A stretch of 64,000 bases of DNA from an uncultured Bacteroidales bacterium (GTDB lineage Bacteria; Bacteroidota; Bacteroidia; Bacteroidales; Bacteroidaceae): NCBI GenBank assembly GCA_902784475.1, contig CACZUX010000003.1, positions 3,530-67,529 on the forward strand, written 5' to 3'. Below, piece by piece: positions 25,811 to 35,436 of this stretch. The notes below the pieces were generated by a model that saw nothing but the letters and a program-made list of their open reading frames with translations, was not told the DNA's origin and searched no databases. Both the position numbers and the translations under genes were made by a program. Position 1 is the stretch's first letter; every line of letters starts with the position of its first letter.

Positions 25811-26706
25811 GCCCATAGTCTGCACAACATTTTCACACCCACCACATTCTGCAGCAAGGCCTTAACAGCATTTCTCCAACCGCCCACAGCCAGAGGGTTA
25901 AGACGTCGCGACGACAGGAGCACCTCTCTTCCGCCACAACGCCACATCGAGATTTGCATGTTCAGCAGTGTCATATACCAGGCGTCGCTCAACGTGACCT
26001 TCAACAAGCGGGCTGCTCTCAGGTGGTTGTTCATTGCCAACTGCAGACTTTCCACCGACGGAGTCCGACATATCCCGTCATAGTTCGGCATATAATGGTA
26101 AAGGCCGTCCTTTTGCGTGAGCGCCGCTCTCATCTTCAGCATCAACTGCGGCAACAAATAGATATCTTCATGGTTTTCTCCTTCCGGAAAACGAAGACTC
26201 TCAAACAGAGAGCGACGAAACACCTTGTTCCACACCGCACAACGCAGCCATTGACGGTGTTCCAACCAATAGCATCCGGCTCTACCCTTCACGGGAAAAC
26301 ATCCCGGCTCCATCGGATCCTTCATCAGCTGTCCACCGTACTCCACTGGGAATTCCACCATATCCACCTCAGCAGCATTACTGCAATCGAGTTTATCAAA
26401 CACCGCTGCGTAAGTTTCCGGCTCCAACCAGTCGTCGCTGTCCACAAAGGTCAACCACTCTCCGGTCGCAATATCCAAACCGGCGTTACGGGCCGAAGAC
26501 AATCCGCCGTTCTTCTTATGAATCACCTTGATTCTGGAGTCTTTTTCCGCCAATGCGTCGCAAAGTGCCGGACAACGGTCGGGACTGCCGTCGTCCACCA
26601 AGATAATCTCCATATCATCCAAGGTCTGACCTGTCACGCTCTTCACACAACGGTCAAGCGTGTTTTCAACCTTATACACGGGTATTATGACAGAAAGCGT
26701 TCCCAT
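25807..26706 (-). CDS. Glycosyltransferase family 2
   Basis: LSVIIPVYKVENTLDRCVKSVTGQTLDDMEIILVDDGSPD ... FVDSDDWLE. Confidence 0.92.
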   Translation of the reverse strand: MGTLSVIIPVYKVENTLDRCVKSVTGQTLDDMEIILVDDGSPDRCPALCDALAEKDSRIKVIHKKNGGLSSARNAGLDIATGEWLTFVDSDDWLEPETYAAVFDKLDCSNAAEVDMVEFPVEYGGQLMKDPMEPGCFPVKGRAGCYWLEHRQWLRCAVWNKVFRRSLFESLRFPEGENHEDIYLLPQLMLKMRAALTQKDGLYHYMPNYDGICRTPSVESLQLAMNNHLRAARLLKVTLSDAWYMTLLNMQISMWRCGGREVLLSSRRLNPLAVGGWRNAVKALLQNVVGVKMLCRLWA

Positions 26707-26737
26707 TCTGCAATGATTTTATCTTTGTCGAAACGCA

Positions 26738-27604
26738 TCACATTCCTGCTTGCCGCCTCACCCATCCGACGACGCAGAGCATCAGGCTTTCCAATTTTTT
26801 CACAAAAGCTTCATCGTCGTCATAGGGTATCACGTAGCCCGTCTCGCCGTCGACAATGATATCCGCAGGTCCGTATTTGCAGTCGAAAGCCACACAGGGG
26901 AGTCCGCATTTCTGTGCCTCCACCAAGCTCATCGGAAATCCTTCGCTGCGCGAAGTCATCACGAGAATGCTGCCCCGCTGATAAGCAGAGGCCATATCCT
27001 CGGTTTTAGCATGCCGCTCCAACACCCAATCCGGATGCGTCTGCTGCACCCGAGCCCACAGACGTTCCAAGCGTTCGATATTCTTCTCCGGACAGGGCCT
27101 GCCGACAAACACACAACGATGCGCCCCGTAGTCAGGTTCTCCCTTGGGCTCAATGTCGGAAAAATTCGGAATCACCGCCACGCAACGGGCATGTTTGTAT
27201 TCTGCGGCGTCCCCACGCGTCAGACACACCACACTCTCCACGCGGCGTTCCATTCTCGGATACAGCCACAAATGATTGTTGCTCCAGCGCGCGCCGTGCG
27301 ATTCAAACACTAAACGTCCCTTCCACGAAGTCCATCCGCCTATCCAAGCGCCTACGGCCCGGAAAAGCAGCACAGTATCCGGATTCATTTCACGGACGGC
27401 GCGATGGAACCGACACAGGATTTGCGGCAAAACCCACAAATAGGTCAGTTTGCATTTGGGCTCTTTAATTTTGAGACAACGGCGATGAATACGTTCGTCC
27501 AACGGGAAGGCATCAGGGAGCGATTCCAGCCACACGGTCAACAACGTAACGTCGTGGCCGCGTTCGGCCAGAGCGTTCATCTTGGAGGCAACAATACGCT
27601 CCAA
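26738..27604 (-). CDS. Glycosyltransferase family 4, apparently lacking its first beta-strand (possibly 5'-truncated or frameshifted)
   Basis: C-terminal GT4 signature SRSEGFPMSLVEAQKCGLPCVAFD. The N-terminus begins inside the Gly-rich loop (..GGLERIVASKMNALAERGHDV) with an in-frame TGA immediately upstream. The only start candidates are TTG 27604 or a downstream ATG. Confidence 0.6.
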   Translation of the reverse strand: MERIVASKMNALAERGHDVTLLTVWLESLPDAFPLDERIHRRCLKIKEPKCKLTYLWVLPQILCRFHRAVREMNPDTVLLFRAVGAWIGGWTSWKGRLVFESHGARWSNNHLWLYPRMERRVESVVCLTRGDAAEYKHARCVAVIPNFSDIEPKGEPDYGAHRCVFVGRPCPEKNIERLERLWARVQQTHPDWVLERHAKTEDMASAYQRGSILVMTSRSEGFPMSLVEAQKCGLPCVAFDCKYGPADIIVDGETGYVIPYDDDEAFVKKLESLMLCVVGWVRRQAGM

Positions 27605-28431
27605 ACCGCCCTTGAATCAGGATGCCGCCCCAGTAACTGATGCTCCATCAGCGGCCGAGCCGCAACGAAGAGCCCACGCACCACAGCAGCCATATGCCAC
27701 CGGCGTATTGTATTCACGACATTTCCCAAACGCGTATACTGAAGTAGCAGATGCTCGTGGGTATGCAGCGTATTCAAAGACTCTCTTGTTTTCTCCATGA
27801 AACGGACACTTTTATCCGCATCGTCATGCAAGAGTGGATTGTCTATTGTCGTCATCTCCGCGCCCTGCTCCTTGAGACCGACGCCCAGAAGGACATCTTC
27901 CCACCCGTAAGTCGTGACACTCTCGTTGAAGCGCACTTTCATAAACAGCGCCCGCTCCACCATGAAGTTGAAGCAACTCAGCTGAGGACTCACCGGCCCC
28001 ACCTGCAACTCAAACGTCCTGTCGTAGCACCAGCGCAACAGACAGTCCCTTGCCGGAGGGGTATCCCGATGCGTGATGCCGCCACACACCAGTTTATGAC
28101 CTTCTGCCGCTGCCGCCAGATAGCGACGGATGAAGTCACGCCGCACCATCTTCGCATCCGCATCGATAAAGAGCAGCCATTCACCTTGTGCCTCATCGGC
28201 CAAACGGTTGCGTATGGCGGATCGCCCCACATTACGCGTTCTGCGCTCGTAATGACAGTGCGTGAGATCGTTGATTTTCAGATTGGCAATGTGCGACACC
28301 TGATCGCGCCCACCGTCCTCAAAGACGATGATTTCATACTCTGCTCGCGACTCTTCCAACTGAGTTTGCAAGTCCTCCACCAACTTATAGCAGGTGCGTT
28401 CGTAGGCCGGTATGAGCACGGAGAGCTTCAT
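27577..28431 (-). CDS. Glycosyltransferase family 2
   Basis: MKLSVLIPAYERTCYKLVEDLQ...IIVFEDGG...LLFIDADA. The ATG at 28431 overlaps the trmH-like TGA (ATGA). Confidence 0.88.
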   Translation of the reverse strand: MKLSVLIPAYERTCYKLVEDLQTQLEESRAEYEIIVFEDGGRDQVSHIANLKINDLTHCHYERRTRNVGRSAIRNRLADEAQGEWLLFIDADAKMVRRDFIRRYLAAAAEGHKLVCGGITHRDTPPARDCLLRWCYDRTFELQVGPVSPQLSCFNFMVERALFMKVRFNESVTTYGWEDVLLGVGLKEQGAEMTTIDNPLLHDDADKSVRFMEKTRESLNTLHTHEHLLLQYTRLGNVVNTIRRWHMAAVVRGLFVAARPLMEHQLLGRHPDSRAVWSVLLPPR

Positions 28432-29228
28432 CTCTTTCTCAACTCCCAAAAAGCAACAGCAGAGGCCGCCGCCACGTTTAAAGAATCCACGCTGTGGTGC
28501 ATGGGAATGCGCACCGTGTAGTCGGCGCCTTCAATCACCTCACGGGGCAAGCCGTCGCCTTCGGTGCCCATCACAAGAGCCAGACGCTCCTCCTGCTGCA
28601 AGACGGGAGCATCCAGCGGAATACTCTTGTCCGTCAACGCCATAGCAACTGTCTTGAAGCCGAAGGCGCGCACCTCTTCGCTGCTGTCCACCCAGGTCCA
28701 GGGCACCAGAAACACCGAACCCATCGACACCCGGACAGAACGCCGGTTGAGGGGATCGCTGGAGTCACGCGTCAGCAAAATGCCGTCGATGCCCAGCGCC
28801 GCCGCACTGCGGAAAATGGCGCCCGTATTCGTCGCGTCGCACACCCCCTGTATGATGCAAAGCCTGCGGGCGTTGCTGCATACCTGCTCCGGCGTGGGCA
28901 ACTGCGGACGCTTCATCGCGGCCAGCACACCTCGTGTCAAAGTATATCCGGTCAACTGAGCCAACAACTCACGCGATCCGGTAAAGACGTCAATGTCTCC
29001 ACAACTGGCAATAATATCTTTGGCGTCACCTTCGATGTGCCGCTCCTCGCAAAGCAGGCTCTCGGGCCGGTAGCCGGCTTCCATCGCCACCCGAATCACC
29101 TTCGGACTCTCGGCGATGAACACGCCGTCCTCCGGGTGCAACTCATTGCGAAGCTGCGCCTCTGTCAGACGGGCATACACTTTGATGCGCTCGTCGTCTA
29201 AAGCGGTGATGTGGCAGATATGAGCCAT
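28428..29228 (-). CDS. TrmH/SpoU-family RNA 2'-O-methyltransferase
   Basis: SpoU substrate-binding N-terminal domain. C-terminal motifs ATNTGAIFRSAAALG, LVMGTEGDGL and IPMHHSVDSLNVAAASAVAFWE. Confidence 0.9.
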   Translation of the reverse strand: MAHICHITALDDERIKVYARLTEAQLRNELHPEDGVFIAESPKVIRVAMEAGYRPESLLCEERHIEGDAKDIIASCGDIDVFTGSRELLAQLTGYTLTRGVLAAMKRPQLPTPEQVCSNARRLCIIQGVCDATNTGAIFRSAAALGIDGILLTRDSSDPLNRRSVRVSMGSVFLVPWTWVDSSEEVRAFGFKTVAMALTDKSIPLDAPVLQQEERLALVMGTEGDGLPREVIEGADYTVRIPMHHSVDSLNVAAASAVAFWELRKR

Positions 29229-30832
29229 TCGCGGTCTTTAGGGTCTTGAAGTCGGGGCAAAAGCGTCTCACGCACGGTTGCATGGTAGTGATTAAGCCAA
29301 GCAAGCTCCTCCCCTGTGAGCATCTCCCTCACAATGGGGCGCTTGTCGTAGGGGCACATCGTCAGGGGCTCGAAACAGAGGAATCTGCCGCCCTGTCCAC
29401 CGGGATAGGCCGTCACCTCAGCTGCACGGATGAGCATCGTATTCTCGTGACGTACGCCGAAACGGCCGGCCAAATAGATGCCGGGCTCGTCGGTCATCGT
29501 CTGTCCCTCATGAAGAGGGGCAACGGTGTCCGGCCGTACATTCTTGCGGAACTGGCAGGGGCCCTCGTGAATCTCCAGACGGTGTCCCACGCCGTGACCG
29601 GTGCCGTGACCGTAGTCGTGACCCTCACGCCACATGGCCATACGGGCCAGCGTGTCGAGTTGCAAGCCGCATGTTCCTTCCGGAAAAATGACGTTCTGCA
29701 ACTGCAGATGTCCTTTGAGCACAAGGGTATATACGCGCTTCTCCTCTTCGGTGAGCGGCCCCAGAGGTATGGTGCGCGTGATGTCCGTGCTGCCGCAGTC
29801 ATAGTGTCCTCCACTGTCGAGCAGCAGGAAACTCATCGGCGCCAAAGGTATGTCGGTGTCGGACGTCGGCTCATAATGCACTACGGCCCCGTGAGTCCCG
29901 TACGCACTGATAGTCTCAAAGGAGAGACCGCGAAAACCCGGTTGCTCCGCTCTTAGCGCCGTCAGCGTCCTGTCGGCAGAGATTTCCGTCCACTGTGTGA
30001 CGTCAGCTTCGTCCAGACGACGGAGAAACTGCACCATCGCAATGCCGTCCCGAATATGCGCTTCGCGATAGCCCGCCTGCTCCACCGGATTCTTCACGGC
30101 GCGCCAGAAGGGGATCGGCGTCGCCGTCTTTTCTTCCGTCGGAGCACTCTCGTAAGGAGCAATGACGATGTTGAGACGTCGAAGATAAGCCTCAGTTTCG
30201 TTGTTGATCTGTTCCCGGTGAATATACAAAGTGTGTGCCCCCTTCGCCCTCACTTTGAGGTAAGAGATGAACACCGGCGTGTAAGGAATGTCGTCGCCGC
30301 GCAGGTTCAGCAGCCAGGCCGTCTCTGCCAGCGAAGACACTAAACACGAGCTCCGTGCCTCCTCTTTCATCCATCGCTGCAAGCGCGCTATTTTATCCTC
30401 TGCCGACTCTCCGGCAAGCGTTGTCGGCACTATTTCCACTTGCGACAGCGGGAAACCCGGACGTTCCGGCCACAGGGCGTCGATCTCTTTCTCCGTGAGA
30501 TACTGTGCCGTGAGTCCGCGCTCCTTCAGCCAGTCGTTCAGAGACTCGTCCACCAACTCCTTTTTCAGCGAGAAACCGCTGCCGCAGAGCTGTTCCTCAG
30601 CCGCCAGCCAATAGCGTGAATCGGTCCAAAGAAAGGCCTCCTGCTGCGTCACGACCGCTGTGCCTGCACTGCCGGTGAACCCCGTGAGCCACTCTCTGGT
30701 CTTCCAATGGGCCGGCACGTATTCCGAACCGTGAGGATCCTCCGTTGGCACGACGATGACCGCCTTGCCGTGGTCCTTCATCCACGAGCGCAAACGCGCC
30801 AGCCTATCCGCCGATGATTGTTGTGATGCCAT
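29198..30832 (-). CDS. Xaa-Pro aminopeptidase (M24B, aminopeptidase P type with creatinase-like N-domains)
   Basis: N-terminus VIVVPTEDPHGSEYVPAHWKTREWLTGFTGSAGTAVV. M24 metal-ligand contexts LLLDSGGHYDCGSTDITRT, HGTGHGVG and VTDEPGIY. Confidence 0.88.
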   Translation of the reverse strand: MASQQSSADRLARLRSWMKDHGKAVIVVPTEDPHGSEYVPAHWKTREWLTGFTGSAGTAVVTQQEAFLWTDSRYWLAAEEQLCGSGFSLKKELVDESLNDWLKERGLTAQYLTEKEIDALWPERPGFPLSQVEIVPTTLAGESAEDKIARLQRWMKEEARSSCLVSSLAETAWLLNLRGDDIPYTPVFISYLKVRAKGAHTLYIHREQINNETEAYLRRLNIVIAPYESAPTEEKTATPIPFWRAVKNPVEQAGYREAHIRDGIAMVQFLRRLDEADVTQWTEISADRTLTALRAEQPGFRGLSFETISAYGTHGAVVHYEPTSDTDIPLAPMSFLLLDSGGHYDCGSTDITRTIPLGPLTEEEKRVYTLVLKGHLQLQNVIFPEGTCGLQLDTLARMAMWREGHDYGHGTGHGVGHRLEIHEGPCQFRKNVRPDTVAPLHEGQTMTDEPGIYLAGRFGVRHENTMLIRAAEVTAYPGGQGGRFLCFEPLTMCPYDKRPIVREMLTGEELAWLNHYHATVRETLLPRLQDPKDREWLISATSPL

Positions 30833-31640
30833 AGTGATTGAATACGTCTCCGGCGTGAGCCAGCAACTCCTCCGAAGGGACGTTCATTGTGTAATTCTTG
30901 GGATTGTATTGACTGCCCATGCGGGCGTGTTTGGCCTTGCCCACATCGTGGTAGGGCAAGAGATTCACCTGTTCGGGCCTTGAAGGCAACGAAGCGATGA
31001 AAGCGGCTGTAGCTTCCAGATTCACGTCGTCGGCATTCACGCCGTCTATCAGGGGGATGCGCAACCACAACTGCGGCCGTCCCTCGATGGCGGCAAACCT
31101 ACGGATGTTGTCCAGTATCAGTTCGTTGCCCACACCCGTGTACTCTTTGTGCAGGACGCTGTCCATGTGTTTGACGTCCACCATGAAGAGCTCTGCATGA
31201 GGCATCACCCGCTCCACCACGCTCCATGGGGCGCAGAGCGTTGTGTCCACCGTACGGTGAAAGCGCCTTTCTCCGAGTGCTTGCAGCACTTCCAGCAGGG
31301 CGTCGGGATGCATGAGCGGCTCGCCGCCGCAAAGCGTGACGCCGCCGCCCGACTCCTCCATCACCAGCCGCTCCTTCTCCACCGTCCGCAGAATGTCTTC
31401 CAACGTCCAATCCTTGCCGGCCTCCTGCAGCGCCAATGTGGGGCAAGCCTCCACCCCCTCTGTCTCGTGGGCGCCGCAATGGATGCACTTGGAGGCCGTG
31501 AAGAGACGCGTGGGCTCGTAGCTGATGCCCTCAGGGTTATGACACCACACGCAGTGGAGCGGGCAACCCTTCATGAAGAGCGTCGTGCGTATGCCGGGCC
31601 CGTCGTGGATGGCGAAGCGCTTGATGTCAAAAAGCCTCAT
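30804..31640 (-). CDS. Glycyl-radical enzyme activating protein (radical SAM)
   Basis: FAIHDGPGIRTTLFMKGCPLHCVWCHNPE (CxxxCxxC) and GGGVTLCGGEPL. Overlaps the glycyl radical enzyme gene by 14 nt. Confidence 0.92.
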   Translation of the reverse strand: MRLFDIKRFAIHDGPGIRTTLFMKGCPLHCVWCHNPEGISYEPTRLFTASKCIHCGAHETEGVEACPTLALQEAGKDWTLEDILRTVEKERLVMEESGGGVTLCGGEPLMHPDALLEVLQALGERRFHRTVDTTLCAPWSVVERVMPHAELFMVDVKHMDSVLHKEYTGVGNELILDNIRRFAAIEGRPQLWLRIPLIDGVNADDVNLEATAAFIASLPSRPEQVNLLPYHDVGKAKHARMGSQYNPKNYTMNVPSEELLAHAGDVFNHYGITTIIGG

Positions 31641-34026
31641 TCTCGGTGCGTGCGATGATTTCGTTCTGCAACTGCGGCGTCATGTCGTTGAAGTAGTCGC
31701 TGTAGCCGGCCACACGCACCAGCAGGTCGCGATAGCGCTCCGGATGCTGCTGCGCATCGTGGAGCGTGGCGGTGTCGACCACGTTGAACTGGATATGGTG
31801 TCCGCCCAGTGTGAAATAGGTGCGGATGAGGCTGCCGAGTTTCTTCAAATCCTCCTCGCCCTTCATCATGTCGGGCACGAAGCGCACGTTGAGCAGCGTG
31901 CCGCCCGACTTCGTCTGGTCGAGCTTGCCCAGACTCTTCACCACACTCGTGGGCCCCTGCGTGTCGGCGCCGTGTGCCGGCGACGTGCCGTCGGAGATGG
32001 CGAAACGGGCCATGCGTCCGTTGACCGAAGCGCCGCACACCGATCCGAAGTAGTTGTGGCAGGTGGTGGAGAGCATGTTGAGCTGCGTCTTGCCGCCGCG
32101 CGTGTTGGGATGACCCTCGATGGCGTCCACCAGGTCGTCGTAGACCTTCACGGCGATGGCGTCGGCCTCGTCGTTGTCGTTGCCGAAGAAGGGCGTGTGG
32201 TTGATGATGTACTGGCGCATCTTCTCCTCGCCCTCCCAGTTTTTGGCCACAGCCTGCAAGAGCTCGTCCATCGTGTAGCGTCCGCTGCCGAAGACGTGCG
32301 TCTTGAGAGTGGACAGGCAGTCGGTGATCGTGCCGAGTCCGGTGCACTGGATGTAGGTCGTGTTGTAGCGCGCACCGCCGCTGTAGTAGTCCTGTCCCTT
32401 CTCGATGCAGTCGTCGATAAAAAGCGAGAGGAAGGTGGCGGGCGCATAGAGCGAGAACATACGCTCGATGTAGTTGTTCACCGCCAGCTTCATGTTGACG
32501 AAGTAGAGCATCTGCTTGTGATAAGCCTCATAAAGCTCGTCGTAGGTCTTGAATGTGCGCGGATCGCCCGTCTCCAGTCCGAGCTTCTTGCCGCTGACGG
32601 GATCCAAGCCGTTGTTGAGCGTGATTTCCAGAATCTTCGGCGTGTTGAGATAGCCCGTGAGGATGTAGGCCTCCTTGCCGAAAGCGCCCACCTCGATGCA
32701 ACCCGAGCAACCGCCCTCGTTGGCGTCCTCACGGCTCTTGCCCTGACGCATGAGCTCTTTAGTGTAGGCATCGGGATTGAAGAGCGAGGGATAGCCGTGA
32801 CCCTGACGGATCACTTTGGCTGCCGCCAGCACGAAGTCGTCGGGCGTCACCTTGGCCACATGCACCGAGAGACCGGGCTGCAACTCGTGCAGCTCCTCCT
32901 GCACCTCGAGGATGACGTAGGAGAGCTCGTTGACGGCGTTGCGCCCCTCGCGGTCGATGCCGCCGATGTTGATGTTGGTGAAGTCGTTGTAGGTGCCGCT
33001 CTCGAGCGCCGTCACACCCACTTTCGGAGGCGCCGGCTGGTTGTTGAACTTGATCCAGAAGCAGCTGATGAGCTCCTTGGCCTTCTCGCGCGTCATCGTG
33101 CCGTCCTTCAGTCCTTTCTCGTAGAAGGGCCACAGATGCTGGTCGATGTGGCCGGGATTCATGCAGTCCCAACCGTTGAGCTCAGTCACGGTGCCAAGAT
33201 GCACGAACCAGTACATCTGTATGGCTTCCTGCAGGTCGCGCGGCGCATGGGCGGGGACCCAGCGGCAGACATCGGCAATCTTCAGCAGCTCAGCCCGGCG
33301 CTGTTCGTCTTTCTCCTCTGCAGCCATCTTCTCGGCCAGATCGGCGTGACGCTCGGCAAAGAGTATGGCGGCGTCGCACGAGATGGACATCGCTTCCAGC
33401 TCCTGCTCCTTGTCGGTGGCCAGCGGGTCGTTGATATAATCCAGCGAGGCAATGCGCTCTGCGATACGTTTCTTCAAATCGAGCAGACCGCTACGGTACA
33501 TCTTGCCGTCCATCGCCGTGTGGCCGCCGGCTCTCTGCTCCATGAATTCGGTGAAGACGCCGGCGTGGTAGGCCTCTTCCCACTCCTTGGAGACATGGGA
33601 GAAGATGCGCTCGCGCTGAGTGCGCCCCTGCCAGTAGGGAATCACCTCGCGCTCGTAGGTGCGGATGTCCTCCTCGCTGATGTAGTAGGGCTGCAGTTCA
33701 CGCGAATTGAGCGTGTGCAGGTCTTCTACGCTGTGACAGGTGAGCTCGGGGAACGTCGGCACGGCTTTGGGCTTGGGCCCCCTCTCGCCCACAATAAGTT
33801 CACCGTCGCCGATATAGATCGTCTTCTTCTTACAGATTTCGTAGAAGTTACGGGCACGCAGGATGCAGTTGGGCATCTTACCGTAGTTTTCTTTATAGAA
33901 CGCCGTCTCGATGAGTGCGCGCTCGATGGTGAGCGTGGTGGGCGTGTCGATACTCTCCTGACGCAAGCGGCGTACGCGCTCGTTCATGCCGCCTTCGTTG
34001 GCGGGACAGGTTAAGGGAAATTTCAT
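31627..34026 (-). CDS. Glycyl radical enzyme of the PFL2/eliminase class; probable trans-4-hydroxy-L-proline dehydratase by gene context
   Basis: 799 aa. C-terminal glycyl radical motif LLVRVAGYSDYF. Cys/Glu loop GGCSGCIEVG (C-x-E as in the dehydratase/lyase GREs). Flanked by an activase, proC and two Xaa-Pro peptidases. Confidence 0.9.
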   Translation of the reverse strand: MKFPLTCPANEGGMNERVRRLRQESIDTPTTLTIERALIETAFYKENYGKMPNCILRARNFYEICKKKTIYIGDGELIVGERGPKPKAVPTFPELTCHSVEDLHTLNSRELQPYYISEEDIRTYEREVIPYWQGRTQRERIFSHVSKEWEEAYHAGVFTEFMEQRAGGHTAMDGKMYRSGLLDLKKRIAERIASLDYINDPLATDKEQELEAMSISCDAAILFAERHADLAEKMAAEEKDEQRRAELLKIADVCRWVPAHAPRDLQEAIQMYWFVHLGTVTELNGWDCMNPGHIDQHLWPFYEKGLKDGTMTREKAKELISCFWIKFNNQPAPPKVGVTALESGTYNDFTNINIGGIDREGRNAVNELSYVILEVQEELHELQPGLSVHVAKVTPDDFVLAAAKVIRQGHGYPSLFNPDAYTKELMRQGKSREDANEGGCSGCIEVGAFGKEAYILTGYLNTPKILEITLNNGLDPVSGKKLGLETGDPRTFKTYDELYEAYHKQMLYFVNMKLAVNNYIERMFSLYAPATFLSLFIDDCIEKGQDYYSGGARYNTTYIQCTGLGTITDCLSTLKTHVFGSGRYTMDELLQAVAKNWEGEEKMRQYIINHTPFFGNDNDEADAIAVKVYDDLVDAIEGHPNTRGGKTQLNMLSTTCHNYFGSVCGASVNGRMARFAISDGTSPAHGADTQGPTSVVKSLGKLDQTKSGGTLLNVRFVPDMMKGEEDLKKLGSLIRTYFTLGGHHIQFNVVDTATLHDAQQHPERYRDLLVRVAGYSDYFNDMTPQLQNEIIARTENEAF

Positions 34027-35393
34027 AGATTCTTGGCTGCTTCGACCTCATCGGCCGTCATAGGTTTGATTTTATGCCCCAGACGGCGGGCGCCGTCGGG
34101 GGTGATCAGATAGTCTTCCTCGTTACGAATGCCGCCGAAATCCCGCCACTTGCGCATCTCGTCGTAGCAGAGAAAGTCACGGTGGAGCCCCTGACTCTCC
34201 CAGAGGTCCATCAGCTGCGGGATGAAATAGATGCCCGGCTCGATGGTGAAGACGAATCCCGGCTCCAGATCGCGCCCCAGACGCAGGCTCTTGAAACCGA
34301 ACTGCGTGGACTTCTCCCGACCGCCGTAGCCGACGTATTTCTCGCCGAGGTTCTCCATATCGTGCACGTCGAGCCCCATCATGTGGCCCAGACCGCAGGG
34401 GAAGAACATCGCGTAGGCGCCACTCTCGGCGGCATCGCGGGCGTTGCCCTTCATCAGCCCCAGACCCTTGAGCCCTTCGCTGATGGTCTCGGCGGCTTTG
34501 AGGTGAACATCGCGGAAGTTCACACCGGGCGCCAGCATACCGACGGCCGCCTGATGGGCGCCGTAGAGGATGTCGAAGACCGTGCGCTGCCGCTCCGTGA
34601 AATGCGCGCCGACGGGCATCGTGCTCGAGAGGTCGCCTGCATAGTGCAGGGGACTCTCACCGCCGGCGTCCACCAGCAGCATCTGCCCCTCCTGCATCAG
34701 GTTCTCCTGACTGTGGTTGTGGAGCGTCTGTCCGTTGACGGTGCAGATGATGGGGAACGACATCTCGCATCCGCCCATGAAGGCGGCTTTGCGTATCTCG
34801 GCGGCCACTTCGCACTCGCGCATGCCGGGACGGCAGGCCTTCATGGCGGCCACATGCATGTCCACCGAGCGGTCCACGCCGATCTCGATCTGCTCCACCT
34901 CTTCGGGCGTCTTGTGGTTGCGCATGTCGGCCACCGCCATGATGAAGTCCACCGAAGGCTCCGCACCCCAGCGGGAGAGCATCAGCTCGTGCTCTGCCCT
35001 GTAGGCGGGAAGCGTGTGCACCTTCTGCCCGTTCTTCAGGGCTGCCGTCACGTATGGTTCGAACTCCTTTCGGGGACGCACGTCGGCAACACCCGCCAGA
35101 GCACTCATCTCGCGCTTGGTCGGCATGTCGCCCATCCAGACGATGTCGTCGATGGTCAACTCGTCGGCGAAGATGATGTCGCGGTCGTTGTCGATGTCGA
35201 TGAGGGCGCACATGCCGGCATAGTCCGAAGCGAAGTAGTAGAGCACCGTGCTGTCCTGCCGGAAGGCGTAACCGTTGTCGCGGTAGTTCATGCCGACTTC
35301 TTCGTTGCCGATGAAGACAAGCAGGCCACTCCCCATCCTCTTCTTGAGCTCGGCCCTGCGTTTGATATAGGTCTCTTTAGCGAAATATTTCAT
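34023..35393 (-). CDS. Xaa-Pro dipeptidase / aminopeptidase P family (M24B with AMP_N-type N-domain)
   Basis: LLVDAGGESPLHYAGDLSSTMP, GLGHMMGLDVHD, FTIEPGIY and GGIRNEEDY metal-ligand contexts. The stop overlaps the glycyl radical enzyme ATG (ATGA). Confidence 0.88.
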   Translation of the reverse strand: MKYFAKETYIKRRAELKKRMGSGLLVFIGNEEVGMNYRDNGYAFRQDSTVLYYFASDYAGMCALIDIDNDRDIIFADELTIDDIVWMGDMPTKREMSALAGVADVRPRKEFEPYVTAALKNGQKVHTLPAYRAEHELMLSRWGAEPSVDFIMAVADMRNHKTPEEVEQIEIGVDRSVDMHVAAMKACRPGMRECEVAAEIRKAAFMGGCEMSFPIICTVNGQTLHNHSQENLMQEGQMLLVDAGGESPLHYAGDLSSTMPVGAHFTERQRTVFDILYGAHQAAVGMLAPGVNFRDVHLKAAETISEGLKGLGLMKGNARDAAESGAYAMFFPCGLGHMMGLDVHDMENLGEKYVGYGGREKSTQFGFKSLRLGRDLEPGFVFTIEPGIYFIPQLMDLWESQGLHRDFLCYDEMRKWRDFGGIRNEEDYLITPDGARRLGHKIKPMTADEVEAAKNL

Positions 35394-35436
35394 TGCCTGA
35401 TGCCCCCTTTAAACTTTAAACTATAAACTATAAACT

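Noticed and set aside
31573-34014. 813-aa plus-strand ORF opposite the glycyl radical enzyme
   Set aside because: Antisense artefact of strong codon bias. The composition is low-information (V/L/A/G/H/R-rich), whereas the minus-strand product has unambiguous GRE motifs.
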